DNA of 64,000 nt, from assembly GCF_030144855.1 (NCBI RefSeq), contig NC_082729.1:16554001-16618000 (forward strand), in the 5' to 3' direction. A model generated the notes under the pieces. The model saw only the letters and a program-made list of their open reading frames with translations, was not told the origin of the DNA and made no database searches. Both the position numbers and the translations under genes were made by a program. Positions 35,580 through 47,959 of the stretch are shown piece after piece. Origin of the DNA: Hypanus sabinus. Its lineage: Eukaryota. The stretch's first letter is position 1. Each line of letters opens with the position of its first letter.

Positions 35580-35770
35580 GCCCTTCTTGTACCTTTTGGA
35601 GGAATGCAGCGGAACGTTTATGATTGGCGCAACAACGCTTAATTTCATTGGAAAGAACAAATGAGAGAGCTGTCTTATTCGCCAATCAAGAAACAACAGC
35701 AGAGGCGCGGAAAATAACCGCTCACTCTCCGAAAATAAACTGAAATTTGAAACAGCCCGCCAAAATCTTT
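35580..35770 (-). promoter_or_regulatory. H2A promoter
   Basis: Three CCAAT boxes, E2F-like TTTTCCGCGC (35705-35714), TTTTGGCGG-gctg-TTTCAAA (35746-35765). Confidence 0.7.
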
Positions 35771-36029
35771 GTTTAAACCTCATTTAAAATGAAGTCTTTG
35801 CAGGTCTGTTTATCGACTTCGCATTCACCCATTACTGAAGTCCACCACATTTAACATAAGAGTAACAGCACCTGGCTGTTTAATTCGCCGATTTCTTTTA
35901 ACAGATAAACGTTCAGAACAAAAATCGATTCTCAGCTTCTGTTCGAGGTCATTGCATGAACGGCATCATCGGTTTATCTATGAGTTGCTCTTTTCAAACT
36001 GCGACTGGAGTTTAGTCTTCAGGTTTTGT

Positions 36030-37590
36030 AATGTAAAGCGGGACAGGGAAATTAAAGACAAGGAGAGATCCTATAAGAGAGCAAAAATCGTGGGAAGTTA
36101 CAAGACTGGAAAAAAACAACAGAAGGGAACTAAATTCATAGAGGTGGAATCCAAAGATAGGATTGTCAAAAATATCGAAGAGGATACCAAAAGTTTCTTC
36201 AGATATATAAAGAGTAAAAGAGAGGCTGACGGCGACTAGAGGTGTTCCATGGGGATCTGTGTTTGGACTGCTTCCCTTTATGTTATACGTCAATGATTTG
36301 GATCGCTTTGTGCCAAGTTTGTGGATGAGACAAAGACAGGTGGAGGGGCGAGTAGTGTTTCAGAAGCAGAGAGTCTGCAGAAGGACTTAGACAGACGAGG
36401 AGAATGGGCAAAGAAGTGACAGAAGGAATACAGTGTCAGGAAGTGTTTGGTTATGCACTTTGGTAGAAGAGATAAAAGCGTAGCCTATCTCTAAATGGGA
36501 GAAAATTCAAAAATCTGAGGTGCGGAGGGACTTGGGTGTCATCGTGCAGGATTCCCTAAAGGGTTAATTTGCAGCTTGAGTCAGTGGCGAGGAAGGCAAA
36601 TGCAATGTTGGCGTTTATTTCGAGAGGACTAGAATATAAAAGCAAGGATTTAATCTTGAGACTTTATAAGACATTGATAGGGCCTCACTTGGAGTACAGT
36701 GAGCAGTTGTGGGACCATTGTCAAAGAAAATATGTGCTGAATTCATAGAGTTCAAAGGAGATTAAAAATATATTAATTCTGGGATAGAAAGGCTTCCCGT
36801 ATGAAGAGCATTTAATGGCTCTGAGCCTCTCCTCACTGGAATGCAGAAGAATGAGAAAACCTTATTGAAAGATATCAAATGTTAAAAGGTCTTGATAGAG
36901 TGGATATGAGGAGAAAGATTCCTATGGTGTGGGAGTATAAGACTAGTTGAAGCCCCTATTCGAGTATCTTCAGCCCTGTGCTCTTCATAAATGGGCACCC
37001 AGCGAGGAGGTGGGCTTGCTCCTGGGCCCGGCCAAGATGGCCATTCACAGGTCTAGGTGGCAGAAATTTGAGGGCCGACTGCCTGCCCCTGTTATGAGGA
37101 TACATTCATGCCTGGCTATTGTTGGAGAGGGAGCATGTGGTCACAATGGCTGCAGTGGGGTATTTCCCGGAGCAGTGGGCCCCCTGGAATTGACTGTTTT
37201 ATAGGCGATAATAATTATATTTTAATTTGAATTTATTCACTGTCTTGTAAATACTGAATGTTTGTACTTTATGTATTTGATGTGTGACTAAACTTTTTAT
37301 AGATTTGTGAAAAAACATTAGTGGGACATCCACTTAGAAGGTAAATAAGGAGGAATTCTGTTAGCCAGACAGTGGTGAATCTGTGGAATTCCTTGCCACA
37401 GGCAGCTGTGGAGGCCATGATTGGGTATATTTAAGGCAGAGGTTGAAAGATTTGTTAATAGTCAGGGCCTAAAGGGTTACAAGGAGAGAGCGGGAGGCTG
37501 GTGCTGAGAGGGAAATGAATCAGCCATGATGAAATAGCAGAGTACACTCAATGGACCAAATGACTTAATTCTGCTCCTACAGTATATCTG
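36030..37590 (+). mobile_element. CR1 LINE fragments
   Basis: EDTKSFFRY and YVNDLD motifs, decayed PHLEY, CR1 3' UTR. Confidence 0.8.
36945..37315 (+). mobile_element. Tx1-like L1-clade 3' fragment nested in CR1
   Basis: VGLLLGPAKMAIHRSR resembles the Tx1 ORF2 C-terminus; AT-rich tail follows. Confidence 0.55.
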
Positions 37591-38046
37591 ATGGTCTTTT
37601 GGCATTTAAACCGGTATGGCCAAGGAATTGGAAGACAACAACACAGTTAGGCTGTACATCCGCTATCCATTGCAATGCAGGAAGGCCACCATTTCAAATG
37701 TATTGTGACATTCTGGGTGTGAATGTGGTTGACAGCATGCCCCTATATTTCTAATGACCCATACTGTTTATTGTTCTTGTGTTAAAATGCTTTTGTGGGA
37801 TTATGGTGGGAAGTTCCAATTCATTTTTGTTACATTTTAGCTTGGGTCATACAGTTATTTGCTTTTGTATTTGTGGGTCACCCTAACTGTAAGCGGGGTG
37901 TGTGATGGCCACCTCCCCCATCGGTGTGAGACTGGTTGGGTTCACTCTCTAGGTCATGGTGCCTGGTCTGTTTGTGTCTATCACAATAAAACGGTTGTTG
38001 AGTTAAAGAGCTTCCTTGTCTGTCATTATGGACTAAATGCTCACCA

Positions 38047-38165
38047 TAGTATAAACTAAAAGTTCATTAGATAACCTTTTTCTAATTGACACCTGAAATT
38101 CTGGGCCATAGACAGCTGCACTGGCGTCATGGGATGCTGGGCCTTTAGAACCATCTGTCAACAAT
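38047..38165 (-). mobile_element. RNase H fragment of the Nimb/I-group LINE
   Basis: TDGSK...AAVYGPEFQVSIRKRLSNELLVYT, homologous to 56580-56700. Confidence 0.65.
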
Positions 38166-38169
38166 TGAG

Positions 38170-40260
38170 AATAGATGTTCTCAGGAAATGTACGGAAGAA
38201 ATGTGGCAAATGTTCAGGGGATATTTGAGTGGAGTTATGCAATAGGTATGTTCCAACGAGACAGGGAGAGGATGGTAGGGTACAGGAACCATGGTGTACA
38301 AAGGCAGTTGTAAATCCAGTCAAGAAGAAGAGCTTACGTAAGGTTAAAAAAAACTTGGAAATGATAAGGATCTAGAAAATTATAAGGCTTGCAGGAAGTA
38401 GCATAAGAAAGAAAACAGGAGATCCAGAAGAGGCCATGAGAAAGCCTTGGCAGACAGGAAGCAGGAAAACCCCAAGGCATTCAACAACTATGTGAAAAGC
38501 AAGACGATAAGACATGAGAGAATAGTGTGACAGTGGAAAAGTGTGTATGGAACCGGAGGTACTTAATGAGTACTTTGCTTCTGTATTCACTACGGAAAAG
38601 GATCTTGGCGATTGTAGGGATGACTTACATTGGACTGAAAAGCTTGAACATGTAGATATTAAGAAAGAGGATGTGCTGGAGCTTTTGGAAAGCATCAAGT
38701 TCGGTGAGTCGATGGGACCGGATGAGATGTACCCCAGGCTACTCTGGGAGGTGAGGAAGGAGATTGCTGAGCCTCTGGCGATGATCTTTGCATCATCAAT
38801 GAGGACAGGAGAGGTTCCGGAGGATCGGAGGGTTGTGGATGTTACTCCATTATTCAAGAAAGGGAGTAGAGATAGCCCAGGAAATTATAGATCGGAGAGT
38901 CTTAATTCGGTGGTTGATAAGTTGATGGGGAAGTTCCTGAGAGGCAGGATTTATGAACATTTGGAGAAGCATAATATGATTAGGAATAGTCAACATGGCT
39001 TTGTGAAAGGCAGGTTGTGCCTTATGAGCCTGATTGAATTTTTTGAGGATGTGACTAAGCACATTGATGAAGGTAGAGCAGTGGATGTAGTGGATATGGA
39101 TTTCAGCAAGGCTTTTGACAAGGTACCCCATGCAAGGCTAATTGAGAAAGTAAGGAGGCATAGGATCCAAGGGGGTATTGCTTTGTGGATCAAAAATTGG
39201 CTTGCCCAGAGAGGGCAAAGAGCAGTTGTAGACGGGTCATAATCTGCATGGAGGTCGGTAACCCGTGGTGTGCTTCAGGGATCTGTTCTGGTACCCCTAC
39301 TCCTCATGATTTTTATAAATGACCTGGATGAGGAAGTGGAGGGATGGGTTAGTAAATTTGCTGATGACACAAAGGTTGGGGGCGTTGTGGACAGTGTGGA
39401 GGGCTGTCAGATGTTACAGCGGGACATTGATAGGATGCAAAACTGGGCTGAAAAGTGGCAGTTGGAGTTTAACTCAGATAAGTGAGGTGGTTCATTTTTG
39501 TAGGTCAAGTATGATGGCATAATATAGTATTAATGGTAAGACTCTCAGAAGTGGGATCAGAGGGACCTTGGGGTCCAAGGCCTTGGCATATTCAAAGCTG
39601 CTGTGCAGGTTGCCTCTGTAGTTGAAAAAGCATACGGTATATTGGTCTTCATCAACTGTGGGGTTGAGTTTATGAGCTGAGATGTAATGTTGCAGCTGTA
39701 TAGGACCCTGTTCAGACCCCACTTGGAGTACTGTGTTCAGTTCTGGCCACCTCACTACAGGAAGGATGTGGAAACTATAGAAAGGGTGCAGAGGAGATCT
39801 ACAAGGATGTTGCCTGGCCTGCGGAGTGTGCCTTATGAGAAGAGGTTGAGTGAACTTGGCCTTTTTTCCTTGTAGTGACAGAGAATGAGAGGTGATCTGA
39901 TGGAGGTGTATAAGAAGATGAAAGGCATTGATCATGTGGATAGTCAGAGGCTTTTTCCCTTGGCTGAAGTGGCTAGCACGAGAGGGCACAGTTTTAAGGT
40001 GCTTGGAAATACGTACAGAGGAGATGTCAGGGGTAATTTTTTTTACGCAGAGAGTGGTGAATACGTGGAATGGGCTGCCGACAACGGTGGTGGAGGTGGA
40101 TACGATGGGGTCTTTTAAGAGATTCCTGGACATGTACATGGAGCTGAGAAAAAATAGAGGACAATGGGTAACCCTAGGTAATTTCTAAAGTAAGTACATG
40201 TTAGGCACAACATTGTGGGCTGAAGAGCCTGTATTGTGCTGCAGGTTTTCTATGTTTCTG
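38170..40260 (+). mobile_element. CR1 LINE ORF2 and 3' UTR
   Basis: 233-aa ORF 38541-39242 (MDFSKAFDKVPH), KFADDTK, LFRPHLEYCVQFW, TTTCTATG tail. Confidence 0.92.
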
Positions 40261-40819
40261 ATGGAATAATTCCATCCTATTGATGAAGCATTTAGACACC
40301 ACTACTTCAGTTACACACCAGGCACATTCTCACACTCCTCTCCCAAAGAGTTATATCTACCCCAGGTAAAGGAAATAGCAAGGGACGAATAATGGATAAA
40401 GCCACACTAGGGGTATAGGTCAGATTAGACAGAGTCATGTTCTCTGCCTGGTCGTTTGCTCCCCACCCAAAATGCAATTCTTGCAGTCTTGATGATCCCA
40501 ACAATCTCTCAATATATTGGGTTGGAGGATCATCCTCATGAACTCTGAGGTGTAACAAATAATACACCTGCATCTTTCGCAAGTACAATGGCATCAGTAT
40601 TTCTACCTGCAGAGCAGAAACAGAAGACTGAACAGCATCACAAACAGATGTAAAGCTGGCCTTTCATTTCAAAAGGGAGGGGGCAGCGGGCCCATCGGAC
40701 CAACAGCATTATCGAAGACAGTTCTAATTAATGCACAATACAAAGTAATCATAGATACCCTATTAGCCCCCAAGGGTCTCTAAGAGGTCAAATGTCCATT
40801 CTCCTTTGGTGAGCGCAAT

Positions 40820-40935
40820 AAGCCAATCAGAGAGTCGCCTTATTCGCCAATGAACAGAGAGCAGCAAGAAAGGCGCCGAAAGTAACTGTCAGTTCCCCGG
40901 AAGCCCTGAAATTTGAAAAGCCCGCCGAAAAAGTA
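40820..40935 (-). promoter_or_regulatory. Orphan copy of the H2A promoter, no adjacent histone CDS
   Basis: Colinear with 35655-35766: identical CTTATTCGCCAAT, an E2F-like site and TGAAATTTGAAA..GCCCGCC. Confidence 0.7.
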
Positions 40936-41462
40936 AACTATTGATCGGTAGTCTGCAATAATATCCAATGATTTATTAATTCGAGCAAGATTTATTTATT
41001 GGCTCACATCAGCCGATCCAGTTTATATTCGAATTGAGTCTGTGTATGACTCTTGTCAAACTTCTCTCATATTAAACTGTGGTCCAAGGCCAGATTGCAA
41101 CGCGAAAAAATGTTTTTAGCAAGAATCGGAATTCCATTATATGCAGAATAGTGTCCCCGTGAAACTCGACTAGAAATGGGATTAAATGTTAAGACTGTAT
41201 TTAATAAAACCCATTCTCTAGCAGCCGCAAATCCCTGGAAACCTTGCCCAAAACAAACGTACACGCAGGGGTGTGAGACAGGGACATGCCGATGGCGAGG
41301 GAAAGGTTATATCCCTAGTGTTGGCACATAACTATTGATTTTTGTTTCATGAAGAAGGCCGAGCGTCTGGGAAGATAACAGGGACGCCTTATTGATTAAA
41401 ACACACAGAAAGTCAGAGGGGAATGCGTTTTGGTAACGTAAATGTTAGTGTACAAGAAATGA

Positions 41463-41503
41463 TAGCCCTTTCCACAGTCGGTTTGGTGGCTCTTAAAAGA
41501 GCC
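41463..41503 (-). terminator. Histone 3' stem-loop and HDE (H3)
   Basis: GGCTCTTTTAAGAGCC at 41488-41503; GGAAAGGGCTA downstream. Confidence 0.95.
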
Positions 41504-41532
41504 TTTTGTTGAGCTTGGTGCCGAGGTCGGAT

Positions 41533-41949
<417 letters not shown>

Positions 41950-42009
41950 TCAGCAGTTCAAAAGCAACTTCAAACACGAGGATAAGACTGTCGGAGGAGC
42001 GGCAGGAAC

Positions 42010-42255
42010 CGGCTTTTTAAAGAGAAGATGAAGGGCCGCCCCACTCTCTTTGATTGGTTACAAAGGAGATGTCCATTGTAGCATCTCAGCATTGCGATTG
42101 GCTGCTTTTCCATCACCAGTTTGAAGCTGGCCGGTGTGGGGGGAGATGATGGTGTTATTTCTGACCAAATATGGAAACTGCAGACAGAGTCAGGATTCAG
42201 CCAGTCTGACCCCAGTGATTGGATGCCTGTTCAATTTCAAATCGCCCGCCATTTC
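42010..42255 (-). promoter_or_regulatory. H3 promoter
   Basis: TATA-like TTTAAAAA, three CCAAT boxes, GGCGG-gcga-TTTGAA at 42236-42250. Confidence 0.7.
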
Positions 42256-42684
42256 CAAGAGCAAGCGGGTTTCTTAAATTGAATAGAATCACGAATTCTC
42301 AAATTCCACCTTCAATTAAATCACCGATTTTCTGCCCTCAAATAGCTGAATCTGAATGTTTGCAGTTTTACTGAATAGCTTCTCGAGGTGAGTGAATTCA
42401 GTCTTGCTGGAAACATTCAGGCAGAGGATTTAGATCGATTTTACTTTACCACATGTTCTAAATGGTTTGGGGGAGAAAAGAGCAACAAAAGGATTTCAAA
42501 AGGACTGCAGGAACCATCGCCGAACTGAAAATCTGCTCAATATATCTACAAAACATTCATTACAACCAAATAATTAAATTCTTTATCTCTTCCCGCTCCA
42601 AACCGACTGCCGCCGTCTCATTTTATACACAGCGCGCTGAGCTGGACAGCGTCAGAGTGTCATAGCAGAGAGACCTCCATTTTC

Positions 42685-42725
42685 TAGCTCTTTCCTGGGA
42701 GATGTGAGTGGCTCTTAGAAGAGCC
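42685..42725 (-). terminator. Histone 3' stem-loop and HDE (H1)
   Basis: GGCTCTTCTAAGAGCC at 42710-42725; GGAAAGAGCTA downstream. Confidence 0.95.
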
Positions 42726-42759
42726 TTTGGTTTCAGGTGTTTAAAGTTGCAGTTTTTAT

Positions 42760-43389
42760 TTACTTTTTGGCTGCCGCCTTGGCTTTCACCGATTTCGCCT
42801 TCGGTTTGGGTTTTGCCGACTTCTTGGCCGCCTTCGCCTTCGGAGCTGAAGTCTTCTTGGGGCTCTTGGGCTTCTTCGCAGACTTCTTGGTCGCTGGTTT
42901 CTTAGCTGCCGTCTTTTTAGTGGCCGGTTTCTTAACACTTTGTTTCTTGGCGGGAGATTTCTTTGCTGTTTTCTTGGCCGCAGTTTTCTTGATCGCCGGC
43001 TTCTTGATCTGTGATTTCTTAGCCGCTGGTTTCTTAACTTTTTTTGCGATTTTCCCGGTACTGTCCTTTTTAGCGACCTTGAAGGAGCCGGAGGCACCTG
43101 CGCCCTTGGTGTGAACCAGGGAGCCGCTTTCCAATTTCCTCTTAATTACCATCTTGATCTGATTTTTGAGCTTTTCCACATCGACGCCGTTTGCGGCCAA
43201 CTCCTTCTTTATCGCGACTATGGACACCCCTCGGTGACTGCGGCAATCCGCCACAATCTTGTAGATCTGTTCGCCCAGTTTGGGACCGGCTGGCTTGGTC
43301 CGGGCGGTCGTCTTCTTCTTCTTGGGAGCCTTGGTTGCAGCTGCGGGCGCCGCTGGAGGAGCGACTTCAGCGGCGGCGGTCTCGGTCAT
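42760..43389 (-). CDS. H1: Linker histone H1, 209 aa
   Basis: MTETAAAE N-tail, winged-helix domain ending TKGAGASGSFK, K/A/P-rich C-tail. Confidence 0.96.
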   Translation of the reverse strand: MTETAAAEVAPPAAPAAATKAPKKKKTTARTKPAGPKLGEQIYKIVADCRSHRGVSIVAIKKELAANGVDVEKLKNQIKMVIKRKLESGSLVHTKGAGASGSFKVAKKDSTGKIAKKVKKPAAKKSQIKKPAIKKTAAKKTAKKSPAKKQSVKKPATKKTAAKKPATKKSAKKPKSPKKTSAPKAKAAKKSAKPKPKAKSVKAKAAAKK

Positions 43390-43459
43390 GTCGGCGACTC
43401 TGTACAAACTCTCAAAGCTCAGAACTGAGTGAGAAATGAAGCGAGAGGCGGCGGTGCAG

Positions 43460-43540
43460 TGCAATTTAAAGGCAGCGAGCGGACGGGGCGGGGACATCCT
43501 GCTGTCAGCTCCCGTTCGCTCCGTCTCTTTGTGTTTCTTT
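43460..43540 (-). promoter_or_regulatory. H1 promoter
   Basis: TTTAAA at 43465-43470, GC box at 43485-43493, H1 AC-box AAACACA at 43530-43536. Confidence 0.75.
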
Positions 43541-44599
43541 CTCCTCAAAAACTCCCCTATTCCAATTAAAATCAGGCACCCCCATCACCCAGACCGCTCT
43601 CCGTCCGCGCCCGAGGCCGGATTCTTTGCTGTGAAGAAAGTTTAATCCGAATTAAAGGCAACAGTTTCCATACAAGTCCGTTTCACTGCCGCATTGACTA
43701 CGTTCTCACCCGCGACCGCCGGCATGTTCGCTGTTTTCCGACTGTAATATTGAAACTAACCAAAAACTTGTGGTTAATTCCTACTTCAGGACTGAGCTGG
43801 AGAACCGGGCCATCCCGTGGCAGGGAAATATTTTTATTTTCCACAGGAGGGACGGCGAAATCCGGCGATGTGTTCGGACTCACAAACACAGCCGCGTCGC
43901 GTTCAAAATGTCAACGGTTTTATCTGGTCTGTGTCTTGCAATATTTAATTTAAGCACTTTATTTGTTTATGTATGTGTAATCCATCAATAGATTTCATTC
44001 TATTTTCATAAGTTGTTATGTGCTATATGTGCTTATGGTGCTTTACACCCTGGACCGGAGAAACGTTTAGTTTGACGGTATGCATGAATATTGTCAAATG
44101 ACAATAAACTTCACTTGAGAGTCACACCAGTCTAAGCTGCCATGCCAACCTCCTCAATGAACCTCCTTTTTTTTAAAACCCGAGCATCATTATCTCTCAT
44201 TTGCCAAGGTTCTCCAAACCTGTCAGGTTACCCTTCACCCCAACGGGAACATTCTGTTCCCGGACACTTCTTGTCCCACTTCTGAATACTTCCCACTTGC
44301 CATTCATCGTCGAAAAAGAGATTTTGGAGAATAACATTGAGAATTGAAGACCTGAATTATGTGACGGTATTGGGTTTGCTGCCTGCGAACTTCTAACTCA
44401 AGCGAAGATACAAAACCTAGATATAAATAGCCACCAATGCTCTCACTAAATGGAGATAATACTGTAGCTACCCAATCTTCAAAGAATAGATCATTCTCTA
44501 TGGTGCGTTCAGCTGTCTATACCCACTATTTTTGTGGTGGGCCCGCTCTCCCTACCAAGGAGATGATACTTACAGCCAACAAAGTTGTTTAAAAGAAAT

Positions 44600-45350
44600 G
44601 TTGCTGATGCTGGCAATCCAATGTAAACAACATACAACAACGTACACAAAACGCTGTAGGAACTCAACAGGTCAGGGGACATCCATGGAAAATAAGCAGT
44701 CGACACTTTGGGCGAGACCCTTCCTCAGAACTGGAAAGCAAGCGGGAAAAAATACAAAATAAAATGGTAGGGTTGGGAAGAAGGATAGCCAGAAGGTGAT
44801 AGGTTAAGCCAAGTGGGTAAGAAAGGTTGGAGCTGAGGAGAGTGACGACAGGAAAAAGGGGAGGAGGTAAGAAGTCAGAATGGGAAATTGAGGAAGATGG
44901 AGGGATTTTTTTTTAACCGGGAGGAGAAATCAATATTTATAGCATCAATTTAGAGGCCACTCAAGATGGAATATAAAGTGTTGCTCCTACAGCCTGGGGG
45001 AGGGGGGGGGGCTCATTGCAGCATAAGAGTAGGCCATGGAATTGGCGACTCAGAATGGGAATGGGAATTAATATTTTGGGCCACCCCGAAGTTGCTCAAC
45101 GAAGCAGTCCGCCAACTTACAATGGGTCTCACCAATGTAGAGGCCGCGTCAGGAACATCTGATACAGTAGATGACCCCAGTGGGTTCATGGGTGCAGTGT
45201 TGCCTCACCTGGAAGGTCTGTTTGGGGTCCTGAATGGAGGTGAGGCGGGAGGCAAGTGGACAGGTCTAGCACTTTGGCTGTTTTCAGGGATAAGTGGCAA
45301 AATGGAGATTAGTCAGGGTGGATGAATGAACAAGGAAATCATAGGTGAGT
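44600..45350 (-). mobile_element. Penelope-like element 3' part (GIY-YIG and terminal repeat)
   Basis: GVIYCIRC..GLYIGET and EQHFIF.L by manual translation; terminal repeat with decayed hammerhead at 44695-44735. Confidence 0.75.
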
Positions 45351-47959
45351 AGAGTGGGAGTTGCACAGAATGATGCAGTTTAAAGTAGTTTAAAACAATT
45401 ATTTGCAGTTTATTTCCAAATTAGAAACCATTTCTAAAACACAAAGCATTTCCAAAGCATAAAGCATTTCTTAAACATAAAGAATAAAGCATCAAGGATT
45501 TCCAAAACACAGGTATAATTCCTATAAACTAAAAAAAACATATCAATAATTTGCAGAAAAATGAATCTGTTGCAGAAACCAAAGCTGGAGGAATGGATTC
45601 TTGTTCACCCTGTATTTCTTCCATAATTCCTGATGTTCCTCACCCCATTCCTAAATGGCCTGAACTGCTCTCTGCATTTATACCCTTTTCCCTCTCATTT
45701 GGTTGACTTCAGATGTATTTATTTCCCCAGATATCCTTTTAGCACAAATACTCTAAAATATTTTGGGGACATAGACCTCAGCTGAATGCTCACAGTTCAC
45801 AATTAATGTTGTAAAACTAACATAAAACTCCCAACTATACATATATCAGATCTTGTTTGCAAAGCTAGTCTTTAAAATGTTTTTGAAACTTCAAGCTGAT
45901 TACTGCTTTCCATTGCTATCTTAAGAACTGAAGATGGACTTCCATTTATGACCAGAAACTAAACAAAGCATGGTAGTTGAAAATCTATTTTGTATCTTAT
46001 ATTGACAGATGTTACTCTTAGAAAGCAAGGTTAACAAAAAAACCAAAGAGGAGGCTGACTACTGTCGAAGTGAATATTCATCAGTTATAGGCAAAGGTTG
46101 GACAGTCTAGAACATTTTACCTTGATGTGTAGGAATTGCAGTTTGACTTTACAAGTATGTATTTAAGGATAAGGTGATAGACGGGTGAGTGCACACGGTT
46201 TTCTTCCCCAGCGGGAGGGAATCAAAAACCAAAGGGTATAGATTTAAGGTGAAAGTGACTGATGCTGGTAGAGTATCAGTATTTAAAAAAATCAGATTAT
46301 CAGTTGGTGGATAGGGAAGGGTAAAACAGATTATGGGCAAGACAGGACAATTAGATTACATTGTCATCTAGGTCAGCATGTATCAGTGAGCCCTGCATTA
46401 TCTTCTGATTATCGATCAGCAACCCACCTGACACACTGTTCATAACACCCACACTTAATTATTAAATGTAGTTTTGGAAAGAAATCTCACTATAAACTGT
46501 TACTTCTTTCACTTTTCTGATTAGCTCTGACAAACTCTTTCTTATGTTGTTCTTTTCAAAAAATCCTCTCTCATTAAAAGTTTCTATTTTCCTTCCTCAA
46601 TTAAGGACTTAACATTGAAATGTCTCCTGGTGATGCCCAACTTCTGTTGCGCAGCCATTTGAGAGATGACGTCACAGAAGCTTGCTGTGATTGACATTGT
46701 TCCCTGAAAAAAGTGCTGATGTGAGCATGGGATGGCGGCAAGGCCCAGGATGGTGGGGCAGCGGCACCAGAACTGAATGGGGCAAGTCTGTTCTTGCTAC
46801 GGTTTCGAAGATGAGAGGTGATATAATGGGGTTTTCAGCTTGGCGTGGAGATTTAGAAGCCGACGACTGAATCAGGTGTATTGCACTTTGCTCTCTTCTG
46901 TTGGCAATTGGATGTGGGAGCAGATTGGTGGAGACTGGTGGGTTTGACTGCTCCACCACTGTGGGCATCGGCTTTTTCTCCTCCTTCCTGCTACCCAGGG
47001 AACAGTGAGTGCCTTACCGCACTGGTTCCCTGCCTCAGGTCTCACTTAATCCTCGGATGTCACTTGCCATTCCCTCTGTAACCTCCTCCCATGCTGGACA
47101 ACTCCCACATCTCTCGCCTCCCATATCTCTGGCCTCTTTCCTATCCTCACATTACTGTTTATAGATTGGTGGCATTTACCTAGTGTTACTGGGATCTGTG
47201 CTGGGTCTCCTGTTGGTTATCATATCGGGTGAAATTATAGGTGCGTGATTAATACATTTCTAGATGACACCAACATTGATGGTATGATGGACAATGACGA
47301 AGGTTGTCTAAACTACAAGAGGATGGACGTCAGTTGTGTAAACAGGCGAGGAATTGACAGCTGGAATTTAGTTTAGAGAAATCCAAAAGTATAGCCTTTT
47401 GGTCGGTTAAACCAGGGCAGTGAGAGGCAGTGCTCTGGAGAGTATTGCAGAACAGAGAATCATAGGTAAAAATCCTGAAAATGAAGGATGTAGTTGGACA
47501 AGTTGCCAGTGAGAGTGATTGGCACAATTGCCATCATTGGTTAGATTGCTCTTGGGGTATTGTGTGCAGTTCTGGCCAGCATTCAATGTGACTCAGCATT
47601 CACAAGAATGTTACTGGAGGGCTGGTGTTACAAGGAGTTACTGGGATAAGGTGGGGCTGTTTGGTCTGGAGTGCAGGAAGATGAGAGTGAATTTGAAGAG
47701 GGATATTAAATCAACAGGGGCTTAAGTGAATACAAATCCTTCTGTAGTCTCACACTGTGTAACCTGCTCCAGTCCCTGTGACCCTCTGAAATGTCTGCCC
47801 TTCTACATCTGTGGGCCATTAGCATCCTCACTTCCCCATCCATTTGGGCACTTGTGACCAGTGGTGGGCTGCAGGGATCTGTGCTCTGTTGTTTGTCAGA
47901 TGCATTCATGGTTTGGGGGAAGAATGTAAACGGCACGAGTAATAAATTTGAAAATGACA

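Noticed and set aside
35526-35783. N-terminally extended 212-aa H2A
   Set aside because: The extension runs through the CCAAT/E2F promoter; the canonical MSGRGK start is at 35525.
37600-38046. Further solo LTR
   Set aside because: AATAAA and a CA end are present, but I could not define a 5' end or TSD.
43390-43548. N-terminally extended 262-aa H1
   Set aside because: It overlaps the TATA, GC and AC boxes; MTETA at 43389 is the typical start.
45400-46100. Host exons in non-repeat AT-rich DNA
   Set aside because: The minus-strand frames I translated contain stops, the ORF track shows nothing here, and no motif was recognisable.
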